A stretch of 45,475 nucleotides of DNA from Polyangiales bacterium (GTDB lineage: Bacteria > Myxococcota_A > Polyangia > Polyangiales > Polyangiaceae), in NCBI GenBank assembly GCA_038230375.1, contig JBBRNJ010000074.1, positions 1-45,475 on the forward strand, in the 5' to 3' direction. Positions 36,888-45,475 of this stretch are shown here, one piece after another. How positions within the stretch are numbered: position 1 is the first letter of the stretch; the number at the start of each line of letters is the position of its first letter. The notes under the pieces are model-generated. The model saw only the letters and a list, made by a program, of their open reading frames with translations, had not been told where the DNA came from and made no database searches. A program made the position numbers and the translations under genes.

Positions 36888-38422
36888 GCACCCGCCCATC
36901 GTCCCTCGAGCAGCGCGCGGTCCTCGCGGCGGCTGCAGCTGTCGCCGCGTTGACGGTGGTGTGGCCGCTGGGCGCGTTGGTGCACGGCGCGCTCTTCGGA
37001 GCGGCGTCGGCCGACGAGTTGATTCCGGCGCGGACGTGGACGCTCTTCGCCCGTTCGGTGGCGCTCGCGCTCGGCGTGCTCGTCGGGACGCTCCTCCTCG
37101 GGGTGCCAGCGGGGGTGGCGCTTGCGCGCGCTCGTCGCGGCGCTCTGCGTGCGGCGCTATGCCTCCACCTCTTGCCGCTCGCGCTGCCGCCGTCGTTCCT
37201 CGCGTTGGGCGCCGCGCAGCTCGTTGGTCCCGGCAGTGCGTTCTCGTCAGTGCTCCTGTCGAAGCTGCTCTATGGGCCGGCGGGCTTCGTCTTCGTGATG
37301 TCGATCGCGCTGGCGCCGGTGGTGAGCGCAATGACGTGGGTCGGGCTCGCCTCGCTCGATCCGTCGCTCGAGGAGGCCGCGCGGCTCGTGGCGTCGCGCC
37401 CGCTTGTTCTCGCGAAGGTGCTGCTTCCCGCGTCGGCGCCGTTCATCGCCCTCGCGCTCGTGCTGGTGTTCTCGCTGACGCTGTCGGAGCTGGCGGTGCC
37501 GTCTCTCTTGCGCGTGGATGTATACTCGGCCGCCGTATTCGCCCGCCTCGGAGGCTTCCGCGCGTCGCCGCGAGAGGCGCTGCTCGTGAGCCTGCCCATC
37601 GTCGCCGTGTCCTTCGTGCTGCTGGCACTCGCGCATCGCCTGTTTGCGCGCGTGGCGGGTGATCTTGTGCTGCGCCGAGAGAGCGGAGCAGGTACACCGC
37701 TCGGTCCGCTACTCATGGCTCACGCGGCGGTGGCGGCGGTCCTCGGCCTGACGCCGCTGGTGGCGCTCGTGGCGCGAGGCGCTGGCTCGTTCTCGGCCGC
37801 CGTGCCCTGGCTTGGCGCGAGCGTGTGGAATGGGCTACGCGCCGCCATCGTCACCGCGCTCGCGGCCACCGCCATCGGCGTTCCGCTTGGGCACGCGGTG
37901 GCCCGCGGGCTGCGCTGGGCGAGGGTCGTTGATGCGTGCCTGCTCGTCGGCTTCTTCGCTCCTGCGGTGCTCCTCGCGCTGGGCGTCGTGCAGGCTTGGA
38001 ACGGCGGCCTCACCACGCTCGCCTATCAGAGCTTCCTCATCCTTCCGATCGGGCTCGTAGGGCGGTACGGCGCGCTCGCGGTTCGCACGTTCGCCGTGTC
38101 CACGCGCGGCGTGGCCGAGGCGTATGAGGACGCCGCAGAGCTGTCCGGGCACGGCTACCTCGCGCGGCTCGTCCGGATCACTGTGCCGCTGCAGTGGCGC
38201 GCGCTCCTGGCGGCGTTCGGACTCGTGCTCACGTTCTGTCTGCGCGACGTCGAGACGAGCATCCTGTATTACCCGCCGGGCGGGGAGCCGCTCACGGTGC
38301 GCCTCTTCACGCTGGAGGCGAATGGGAGCCCCGGCGTCGTGTGTGCGCTGGCATCGATGCACGTCCTGGCGACGGCGCTCGCGCTGGCGGTGCCGGTGTG
38401 GCTCGTCCGGAGGGGGCAATGA
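36872..38422 (+). CDS. ABC transporter permease (FbpB-like, two TM domains)
   Basis: Two EAA loops (LEEAARLV; YEDAAELSG); hydrophobic throughout; start uncertain. Confidence 0.88.
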   Translation: MGRAVGTRPSSLEQRAVLAAAAAVAALTVVWPLGALVHGALFGAASADELIPARTWTLFARSVALALGVLVGTLLLGVPAGVALARARRGALRAALCLHLLPLALPPSFLALGAAQLVGPGSAFSSVLLSKLLYGPAGFVFVMSIALAPVVSAMTWVGLASLDPSLEEAARLVASRPLVLAKVLLPASAPFIALALVLVFSLTLSELAVPSLLRVDVYSAAVFARLGGFRASPREALLVSLPIVAVSFVLLALAHRLFARVAGDLVLRRESGAGTPLGPLLMAHAAVAAVLGLTPLVALVARGAGSFSAAVPWLGASVWNGLRAAIVTALAATAIGVPLGHAVARGLRWARVVDACLLVGFFAPAVLLALGVVQAWNGGLTTLAYQSFLILPIGLVGRYGALAVRTFAVSTRGVAEAYEDAAELSGHGYLARLVRITVPLQWRALLAAFGLVLTFCLRDVETSILYYPPGGEPLTVRLFTLEANGSPGVVCALASMHVLATALALAVPVWLVRRGQ

Positions 38423-39141
38423 AGGCAGTGGACCTTGCTGCGGTGTCCGTCCGTGAAGGGGAACGCCAGCTCCTCGATGACGTGTCCTTCTCGATGGCGC
38501 CGGGCGAGAGCCTGGCAGTCGCGGGACCATCCGGCGCAGGCAAGAGCACGCTGCTTCGCGTGGTGGCCGGCCTCCGCGTCCCCGCCTCCGGCCGCGTTCA
38601 TCTTCGCAACGTGTTGGTGAATGACGCCGGCCGTGTTCTGGTCCCAGCGCGACGTCGTGGGCTCGCGATGGTGTTCCAGGATCTGGCCCTCTGGCCGCAT
38701 TTCTCGGTGCGCGGCAACCTGGCGTTCGCGCTCGAGGCCTCTGGAATGCCCTCGGCCGAGCGAGATCGCCGCGTCGAGGAGACGCTCGACCGCGTGGGGC
38801 TAGCCGGCTTCGGCACACGTGAGGTGCTCTCGCTCTCGGGGGGTGAGCGTCAGCGAGCGGCGCTCGCGAGGGCCCTCGTGACGAAGCCCGATCTACTCCT
38901 CCTTGACGAGCCGCTCTCGAGCGCGGACGCGCTGATCAAACGCGCCATGCTCACGCTCATTCGCGACCTGTTATCCGAGCGCAATACGTCCGCGATCATC
39001 GTCACGCACGACGCTTCGGAAGCGCGAGCCCTGTCGAAGCGCCTCCTCTGTCTGGAGGCGGGGTGCGTGGTCGCCGACGACACGATCGAGGCGCTGACGA
39101 AGAAACCGCCGACGCCATTCCTGGGGGCGTTCCTGGGCTAG
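38419..39141 (+). CDS. ABC transporter ATP-binding subunit (FbpC-like, no TOBE extension)
   Basis: GPSGAGKS, VFQD.ALWPH, LSGGERQR, LLLDEP, VTHD. Confidence 0.93.
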   Translation: MKAVDLAAVSVREGERQLLDDVSFSMAPGESLAVAGPSGAGKSTLLRVVAGLRVPASGRVHLRNVLVNDAGRVLVPARRRGLAMVFQDLALWPHFSVRGNLAFALEASGMPSAERDRRVEETLDRVGLAGFGTREVLSLSGGERQRAALARALVTKPDLLLLDEPLSSADALIKRAMLTLIRDLLSERNTSAIIVTHDASEARALSKRLLCLEAGCVVADDTIEALTKKPPTPFLGAFLG

Positions 39142-39227
39142 GGTCGAGGTCGTTGTCGAGGGGCCTCGTCGTCGTCCAGTGATGTGCAAGGCTACCGTCG
39201 CCGTGCGATGCTCGCGCGATGCGAACG

Positions 39228-40883
39228 ATGGCCCTCTCGTCCCTTCCTGTCTTCCTTGGTCTATCGATGCTGGTTTCGTGTGGCAGCCCGCCCGCGCCCG
39301 CGCCGTCGCCTCCTCCTCCGACTTCTGCCAGTGCCGCTCCTCCTTCACCGGGGCCCACGAGCCCCGTGGCGGCGGCGCCCGCGTCTGCGCCAGCGGATCC
39401 GGCGCTCCCGACCGATGCTGTCTGGGTCGCGAGCATGGACCTGAAGAGGCTCATCGCGACGCTTCCGAACGGTGACTTCGGCGCGATGGTCGAGAAGCTC
39501 ACGGGTGCGAAGGGCGTCACGGTGCAGGACCTGGGCCTCGATGTGACGCGACCCGTGATGATGGCGCAGGTTGGTGTGACGGATTCGCAGCGGCGCGCGG
39601 TCGCGGCGGTCGCCGCTCGCCCGGTGGATCCGATTGATGGCAACGGTGAGGCGGTGCGCAGGGCTACGGCGGGCGTGTCGTTCGACAACGCGTTCCGCGT
39701 GGTGATCCCGACGACGAATGCGATGAAGACGAAGGCGGCGGCGGAGCTCGCCCTCGCGGGTGCAGGCGCGAAGGATGTTGGAGGCGATGCGTACGAGCTC
39801 CCGCACGGGCGTGTCGAGATCCGCGCCACGAACGACGTCGTCGTGATCGACGTGGGCCTGGGTGACACGCCCAAGCTCGGGCTCGAGGCGCTGCGCGCGC
39901 GTGTGGCCGCAGGACATGCGGATGCGCCTGCGCTCGAGGGCCGAGCCGTCCGCGCGCGCTACCGTCCGGCGGGTGTGGCGGAGCTCGGAGGCCTGATGAA
40001 CCTCTTCCGGGGGTCCGTCGTGATGGACATGCCGAACCTCAGCGCGCACGACCGCGACCGGATGGCGTCCGAGGTCGTGAAGGAGGTGAAGGGCGCGACC
40101 CTGGCGTCCAGCTACGACAGCGTCGAGCTGTCTGCTCGCGTGGACTCGCCGCAGCGCATCAGCTTCGAGGCACGGGGCGAGCCGGGGCCGACGTCCGTGG
40201 TGCCGCCCGCCACGGCGTGGGCGCCGTCGCCTTCGATCACCGCAGAGGGCGCGACCGGGACGATCGCGGTCAACGTCGGCTTCGCGCGCGCGTTCGTGCT
40301 GGGCGGGGAGAAGCCAGGTGAGCCGCTGTCGAAGTCGCCGCTGATCGACCCGATGAAGGAGCGACCCACGTTCATACTGCCCGCGATGCTGCCCGAGGTC
40401 GTGCCGCTGTTCGTGCGGCTCGTGGCGCGCGCGCAGGATGGTCTCGCTCCCGGGGCGCTGGAGCGCTTCGAGCGAATTGGCTACCTGTACCGCGCGACCG
40501 GAGCGCCGACGTTCTTCGCCCTGCTGCCGAAGTCCATGCGAGGAGAGGCGGCGGAGTGCGCGCTCACGGGGAAGCCAACGTGCACGGCGAAGGAGCGCAT
40601 GAAGCCGGGCCTCCCGTTCGACGTAGGGCACAACACGTTCGCGCAGCTGGTGCCCGTGAAGGGCACTACGGCGCAGTGCGTCCTGATCGGCGAGGACAAG
40701 GAGGCGCTGAAGGCCCTGCGGCTTGCTTCGGCCGCGGCGCAGCCGTTCGAGCTGTCCCTGGCGCGTCACGTGAGCTTCGGAAGTGACGGATTCGATTTTC
40801 CGGGGATCGCCGGAGACGCAAGGGTCACGGGCGGAATGGCGATGGAGGGGAAGACTGTTGTGTTGAGGGTTGGGACTCCGTGA
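39228..40883 (+). CDS. Hypothetical lipoprotein
   Basis: LVSC lipobox, Pro/Ala linker, GC3-rich long ORF; start 39219 or 39228. Confidence 0.7.
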   Translation: MALSSLPVFLGLSMLVSCGSPPAPAPSPPPPTSASAAPPSPGPTSPVAAAPASAPADPALPTDAVWVASMDLKRLIATLPNGDFGAMVEKLTGAKGVTVQDLGLDVTRPVMMAQVGVTDSQRRAVAAVAARPVDPIDGNGEAVRRATAGVSFDNAFRVVIPTTNAMKTKAAAELALAGAGAKDVGGDAYELPHGRVEIRATNDVVVIDVGLGDTPKLGLEALRARVAAGHADAPALEGRAVRARYRPAGVAELGGLMNLFRGSVVMDMPNLSAHDRDRMASEVVKEVKGATLASSYDSVELSARVDSPQRISFEARGEPGPTSVVPPATAWAPSPSITAEGATGTIAVNVGFARAFVLGGEKPGEPLSKSPLIDPMKERPTFILPAMLPEVVPLFVRLVARAQDGLAPGALERFERIGYLYRATGAPTFFALLPKSMRGEAAECALTGKPTCTAKERMKPGLPFDVGHNTFAQLVPVKGTTAQCVLIGEDKEALKALRLASAAAQPFELSLARHVSFGSDGFDFPGIAGDARVTGGMAMEGKTVVLRVGTP

Positions 40884-40917
40884 GAATGGAGAGCTGCGGG
40901 GCGGTGAGCGGGGCGGG

Positions 40918-40990
40918 CACGTTCACGTTCACGGGTCGGAGTCGGAGTCGGCGTTGAAGTGGGGACGGGGTCGAGGTCGAGGTCGAAGTC
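40918..40990. repeat. Intergenic degenerate hexamer tract
   Basis: CACGTT CACGTT CACGGG; (TCGGAG)2; (GTCGAG)2 GTCGAA; similar GTCGAG units at 39143-39160. Confidence 0.6.
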
Positions 40991-41142
40991 TCCTCGTGGC
41001 GACATCTCGCGCTTCGCTCCTGATGGATGCCGGCCCCACCCCGGTGCTGCCTCGTTTCCGCGCTTTTGGACGCTCACGGTGGAATCGTCTCGCTGCACGC
41101 CACAAACGACCTCGTTGTGGGTCGTCCTGCGACGATCTCGCA

Positions 41143-41158
41143 TGGCACTGCGATTGCG
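41143..41158 (+). promoter_or_regulatory. sigma54 promoter
   Basis: TGGCACTGCGATTGCG, about 60 nt upstream of ATG 41217. Confidence 0.75.
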
Positions 41159-41216
41159 TGAATGGGCGTGGGACGCTCTCTCTGGGTGTGCGTGGGTTTT
41201 TACAACGAGGCTCCGC

Positions 41217-42098
41217 ATGAAACGCATTGCTCTCATTCTCCTCGGCTCGCTCATCGCGGCGTGCGCTTCCGAAACCGCCGACGAAGGCTCTGTCGGCGAC
41301 ACTGGCGAGGAAGGGCAAGACCTCTCCGTCGGAGTGACGTGCACGCACGCCAACATGTCCTCATCGGCATGTCAGGAGATGCGCACCACCATCCTCGATG
41401 CGGCTCAAGATCCCGCGCGCCACACGGCGCTCGTCCGCGGGCTCGCATGGGTCGACGCGAACGTGATGTACAGCCAGACGCACGCCTACAAGGGCTTCCG
41501 TCAGGACTGCTCCGGCTTCGTCTCCATGGCATGGGGCGAGGGCAGCGCGCTCACCACCGCCGGCTTCGCGCCGTACGACACCTCCGCGTCGAAGTCACTC
41601 AGCGGCTACTCGCAGCTGCTCCCGGGCGACGCGCTCAACAAGCACCCGCGCGGGCATATGTTCCTCTTCGGTGCGTGGGCCAACGCCGCGCACTCGCAGA
41701 TGGTGATCCTCGAGGAGTCGCACACCGGCACGCCGGCGATGATGAAGGTCGTCGCTGCGTCCTACTTCGACAGCTTCACGCCGATCCGTGGGAAGGCGTT
41801 CGGCAGCACGAATGCGGGTGGTGCGGGTTCGGGTTCGGGTTCGGGTTCGGGTTCGGGTTCAGGTTCAGGTTCAGGTTCGGGTTCGGGTTCGGGTTCAGGG
41901 GGAGGTTCGGGTTCAGGTTCAGGGGGAGGTTCTGGGTCGGGGTCGGGTGGCGGGGCTGCTTGTACTGGTGACGGCGACTGCAACCCTGGCAACGATGGGG
42001 CCGGGATGATTTGCGTCAGTCACATGTGCGAAGCTGGGTGCCATACCAACGCGCAGTGTCCAGGGAACGAGACCTGTCACTCTGGCATGTGCCAGTGA
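41217..42098 (+). CDS. NlpC/P60-like cysteine peptidase lipoprotein with a GS linker and Cys-rich tail
   Basis: IAAC lipobox; YSQ...[30 protein letters not shown]. Confidence 0.8.
   Translation: MKRIALILLGSLIAACASETADEGSVGDTGEEGQDLSVGVTCTHANMSSSACQEMRTTILDAAQDPARHTALVRGLAWVDANVMYSQTHAYKGFRQDCSGFVSMAWGEGSALTTAGFAPYDTSASKSLSGYSQLLPGDALNKHPRGHMFLFGAWANAAHSQMVILEESHTGTPAMMKVVAASYFDSFTPIRGKAFGSTNAGGAGSGSGSGSGSGSGSGSGSGSGSGSGGGSGSGSGGGSGSGSGGGAACTGDGDCNPGNDGAGMICVSHMCEAGCHTNAQCPGNETCHSGMCQ
41826..41949 (+). repeat. (GGTTCR)n coding microsatellite encoding a Gly-Ser linker
   Basis: Tandem GGTTCG/GGTTCA hexamers in the NlpC/P60 gene. Confidence 0.9.
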
Positions 42099-42135
42099 GC
42101 GCCTGACCCTGAGAAGATCGGCGCGCGAAAAACTC

Positions 42136-43425
42136 TCAGGGCGCGATCAAGATGACGACGCGTCCGGGTCCACCCGCCGTGGCGGGCTTTGACGACGGAC
42201 CGGTGGTCGCGCCGTCTCCCCCGATGGCGACTCCGGGCGCGTAGAACGGGTTCGTCGGCTGAGGGGCTGCGCTTCCCATCCCGGTGGTGCGGATCGGGGG
42301 CGGGCTCTGGACCGCGCTCTGCGTGACGAACCCCGAACCGCCGCCGCCGCCAGTGGTCGCCGAAGCACCGCCCTGACCACCGCCACAGAATCCGCCGCCG
42401 CCCGCGCCCGCGGAGCCCGCGGTGCCGCCGCCATTCGGGGAGCCGCCGTTCGAGGCGTTGGCACTGCCGACGCCCATGTTCGCACCGCCATCGCACGCGC
42501 TCGTGCCCGCCGCGCCTCCTCCTCCAAGGAAGCCACTGCCGGCGAGGCCGTTGCCGCCGCCGCCGCTGCCGGCAGATGTGCCCGAGGCGTAGTTGCTGCT
42601 GTTCTGGCCATAGGCTCCGCCTCCGCCGCCGCCTCCGCCGGCCACGACGTAGAGGCCGGAGGTGCCGGGGCCGTGCACGGCGCTCCATCCGCCGCCGCCA
42701 CCGCCCTGCGCGCGCTGCGCTGCGTTCGCGCCGATCCCGCCGCCTCCTCCGACGTCTATCTGGAGCGTCGCGCCCGCGGTGAGCGCCACCGTAGCTTGCG
42801 CGAAGCCACCCGCGCCGCCCGCGCCGCCGGGCTCTGGATAGCTGAGGCTCGCGCCGCCGCCGCCCCCAGCAGCGCCCCACACGACAAACGTTGCGGTCTT
42901 GCAGTCCGGTGGAACGGTCCACGTGGTGCTCGCAGTGGCAACGAGCAGCGTGTGCCCCACGCGCACGAAGAGCGGCTGCGTTGCGACCACTCCCGTCTTG
43001 GTGCTCGTTGCCACGACGCTGGCGAGCGCGCTCTGACCCACCACCGCGGACGCAGCAGCGGAGAGGTTGAGCGTGGCGCTGGAGTCGCTGCCGGGGATGG
43101 CCGCGGTCGCGCCAACGCCGCTCGGAGCGTTTCCGAGCGTGACGTTCACACCCTCGTCGAAACCATTCTTGCGATTGATGCTGATGAAGAGCGGAATGAT
43201 CGCACCGCCAGGATCTGCGATGACCGATGGCGTGGCCACAGTGAGCTCGAAGTTCGCGTTGACGACCGGAGCAGCGTCCTCGTTCGTGACCACCACACCA
43301 GACCCTGCGTCGGAGTCGGAGGGCGCGTCGCTCGTCGTGTAGCTCGAGTTGCACGCGACCCATGCAACGACGATGGTCGACGCGCCGCCAACGAACCATC
43401 CGCACCTGGTGACACGAGCGGCCAT
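42136..43425 (-). CDS. Lipoprotein with an Ig-like domain and a glycine-rich (polyglycine-II-type) domain
   Basis: WVAC lipobox; TWTVP...VWGAAGGGG...GG.GG....V.....L.I.VGGGG...VVAGGGGG...GG.GRVVI pattern. Confidence 0.7.
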   Translation of the reverse strand: MAARVTRCGWFVGGASTIVVAWVACNSSYTTSDAPSDSDAGSGVVVTNEDAAPVVNANFELTVATPSVIADPGGAIIPLFISINRKNGFDEGVNVTLGNAPSGVGATAAIPGSDSSATLNLSAAASAVVGQSALASVVATSTKTGVVATQPLFVRVGHTLLVATASTTWTVPPDCKTATFVVWGAAGGGGGASLSYPEPGGAGGAGGFAQATVALTAGATLQIDVGGGGGIGANAAQRAQGGGGGGWSAVHGPGTSGLYVVAGGGGGGGGAYGQNSSNYASGTSAGSGGGGNGLAGSGFLGGGGAAGTSACDGGANMGVGSANASNGGSPNGGGTAGSAGAGGGGFCGGGQGGASATTGGGGGSGFVTQSAVQSPPPIRTTGMGSAAPQPTNPFYAPGVAIGGDGATTGPSSKPATAGGPGRVVILIAP

Positions 43426-43556
43426 TCCTCCGCTCAGGGTATCTCAATGGATGTCGCGGCGCATGCCGTGTGTGGCATCTCGCCCCGGTGCAGGCCCGTG
43501 TCAGGCCCGATTTCAGGCCCCGTGGCGCGGCACGGTTCGTGAACTCAGCGTCGCTC

Positions 43557-45338
43557 ATGAAGTCGCAGAAGTCGTCTGGTTGGCGTGGCAAGTACGCCTC
43601 GCGCGTCGGTCTCTCGCTTGGTGCAGCCGCTGCTACCTGGATGATTTCCGGAGACGCGCGGGCCTTCACGCTCTCGAGCGCGCTGTCCGGCGGATGTCAC
43701 GAGGGCATCACGGAGTCCGCGCTGCGCAGCGCGCGCACCACTCCCGGAGTCGCAGCGCCGATCGCCCCGAGCGAGGACGATCGCGCGCTCATCGACGATC
43801 TTCCATTCGACCTTGCGTCCGACATGCGGGAGGTCGCTGCCGCGTCGCTGCTCGTGGGCATCCGCGACAACGACCTGAAAGGCCGCTCGCCCACCGCTAT
43901 CGACCAGCTGGCGCTCGTGCACGGCGACCCGAATGCGCAGGAGGAGCACTGCCTCCGCGCAAGCGGCGACGACGAGCCCGATGGCAGCGCGAAGGCCGTC
44001 GCACGCTGCCGAGCGTTCATCACCGAACGCGTGCAACAGGCCCTTGCGGGGCTTGGGACCGACGGGACGCCCGACCCCGCGCAGCGAATCGACATCAAGG
44101 TGTTCCTGTCGCTCCGTGGCGGCGTTACTGCCAGTCTGCCCCTCTACTGGGTCCGGATGGGGCAGGCGATGCATGCCATGCAGGACAGCTTCGCGCATGC
44201 GTACCGCACGCCAGATGGCATGCAGATCACCACGATCCTGAACTGGATCGATTACGTGAACAAGGACGAGCTGGAGTCGCGCGACGGCCCCGTGCACCGC
44301 TCGCCGCTCGATGAGTGCAACGCCAAGGACGATCTCATCGGGCGCAACAAGCGGCTCGCAACGGAGGCTTCCACTGCGCTGCTCCTCGCCACGCTGGATA
44401 CGACGAAGACCGTTGACGAGAGGATGGTCGAGGTGGACCGCGTGCTGACCCGTTACATGACGTTCTCGCCCGGATGCGGGCCCACGGATGCGTGGTGCGC
44501 TGCGCCAGAAAACAAGTACAAAAACGCCACAGCGGGGTGTGGTTGCACGCTCGTCGGTGGAGGCAGCGGTAGCCCTGGAGATATGGCGCTCGGAGGCGTG
44601 GGCCTTGCCACCCTGGCGGCGGCACTGGTGGCACGCGGCCGCAAGCGAAGGGCCGCGGCGGCGCGTGGCGCGGTGATGGGCGTTGCGTTGCTGGTTGCAC
44701 TGTCTCCACGCCTTGCGCGCGCGGCAGACGCACCCAACACCGCGCCATTGACGAAGGCAGATGAGACCACGCCTGCACCGAAGGGCGTCGCGGATGGTAC
44801 GGACGCCAAGGCCACCGTGATCCCGCCGCGCACCGTCGCGGAGGAAAAGTCCGCGGTGCAGGAGCACCAGCACGACTCCAAGGTCGCGCTCGCTGCGAGC
44901 CTTGGCGGCTCCATCGTCGATCCCGGTGCGGCCGGCACCCTGGGCGTGCGCTTCCGTCTGAACGAGACGTTCGTCGTCGGTCTGGATGGCGAGCTGAACT
45001 ACTGGTACGGCGTGAACGACCAGCGGTTCCAGGCGGGCGCCGCGAGCATCTACGCCACCGGCATCTTGCGCTATCCCATGCGCTTCGAGCGGATCAACCT
45101 GCGCTCCACTGTGCACCTGGGCGGGTCGTACGAGCTGCTCGACCTGTATGGTGTGCCGAAGGGCAGTATGGGCCTCTTCGTGGGCGCGTTCCCGCTCGGC
45201 ATCGAGTGGAAGCTCACGGGGCACGTGTTCCTGATCATCAATCCGCTCGGTCTCGCGGTGCCCGTTCCGCACCTCACCGGTGCGCCCTTCGCCTATCCCC
45301 AGTTCAGGACGCAGGTGGGCGTCGAGGTCTCCCTCTAA
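43557..45338 (+). CDS. Secreted multidomain protein: putative Zn-dependent phospholipase C/P1-nuclease-like domain, MYXO-CTERM-like segment and C-terminal beta-barrel
   Basis: Signal ending ARA-F; CHEGIT, RDND, EHC, GQAMHAMQDSFAH; GCGC-hydrophobic-RGRKRR; C-terminal amphipathic strands ending QVGVEVSL. Confidence 0.7.
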   Translation: MKSQKSSGWRGKYASRVGLSLGAAAATWMISGDARAFTLSSALSGGCHEGITESALRSARTTPGVAAPIAPSEDDRALIDDLPFDLASDMREVAAASLLVGIRDNDLKGRSPTAIDQLALVHGDPNAQEEHCLRASGDDEPDGSAKAVARCRAFITERVQQALAGLGTDGTPDPAQRIDIKVFLSLRGGVTASLPLYWVRMGQAMHAMQDSFAHAYRTPDGMQITTILNWIDYVNKDELESRDGPVHRSPLDECNAKDDLIGRNKRLATEASTALLLATLDTTKTVDERMVEVDRVLTRYMTFSPGCGPTDAWCAAPENKYKNATAGCGCTLVGGGSGSPGDMALGGVGLATLAAALVARGRKRRAAAARGAVMGVALLVALSPRLARAADAPNTAPLTKADETTPAPKGVADGTDAKATVIPPRTVAEEKSAVQEHQHDSKVALAASLGGSIVDPGAAGTLGVRFRLNETFVVGLDGELNYWYGVNDQRFQAGAASIYATGILRYPMRFERINLRSTVHLGGSYELLDLYGVPKGSMGLFVGAFPLGIEWKLTGHVFLIINPLGLAVPVPHLTGAPFAYPQFRTQVGVEVSL

Positions 45339-45475
45339 CACTACTGCGGGACGTCGGGCGTGAGGGATCGGTTCGCGCGGCGGCGGTGATGTAGCGCGGT
45401 GTCGTTTGTTTCTCACTGTGTCCTTCCATTCTTTCGGGAGGGCCTTTCCATCGTGCGGATCGTGTCCATGGTGAG

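Noticed and set aside
41826..41949. Telomere-like or non-coding repeat
   Set aside because: In-frame Gly-Ser linker of the NlpC/P60 protein
43528..43543. sigma54-like CGGCACGGTTCGTGAA
   Set aside because: -12 element mismatched and very close to the start codon
43545..45416. Long antisense and alternative-frame ORFs (also 11056-12699, 14472-15884, 19383-21086, 39345-40769)
   Set aside because: Shadow ORFs expected in high-GC DNA; Arg/Ala-rich, no motifs, overlapping well-supported genes
45339..45475. Possible 3' end of a minus-strand gene or RNA element at the window edge
   Set aside because: Too short to support any call

Overview
High-GC window that looks myxobacterial (Polyangiaceae/Labilithrix-like): many lipoproteins, a PEGA/TPR plus Ser/Thr kinase operon, an FHA-sigma54 activator and a MYXO-CTERM-like motif. 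It holds about 39 CDS; no rRNA, tRNA, CRISPR array or transposase was seen. The most structured part is about 16.0-39.1 kb, with two modules. (i) A Ser/Thr kinase operon lies head-to-head with an FHA-domain sigma54 activator. Three nearby operons (tandem PepSY-like lipoprotein, three YncE-like beta-propellers, OM barrel, Cys-rich lipoprotein, cupredoxin) each have a -24/-12 promoter preceded by the same palindrome, GTYACC-N4-GGTRAC, at matching distances, which suggests a local regulon. (ii) A ChrB-family regulator without chrA has duplicated 36-bp operator-like boxes. It sits between an octaheme cytochrome c plus porin pair on one side and a lectin-fold lipoprotein plus Fe3+-family ABC importer with an Asp-rich binding motif on the other, next to an MFS gene remnant. 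The last gene looks like a polyprotein: Zn-hydrolase, internal MYXO-CTERM anchor, second signal peptide, OM beta-barrel. Family calls come from motif recognition only; no searches were run.
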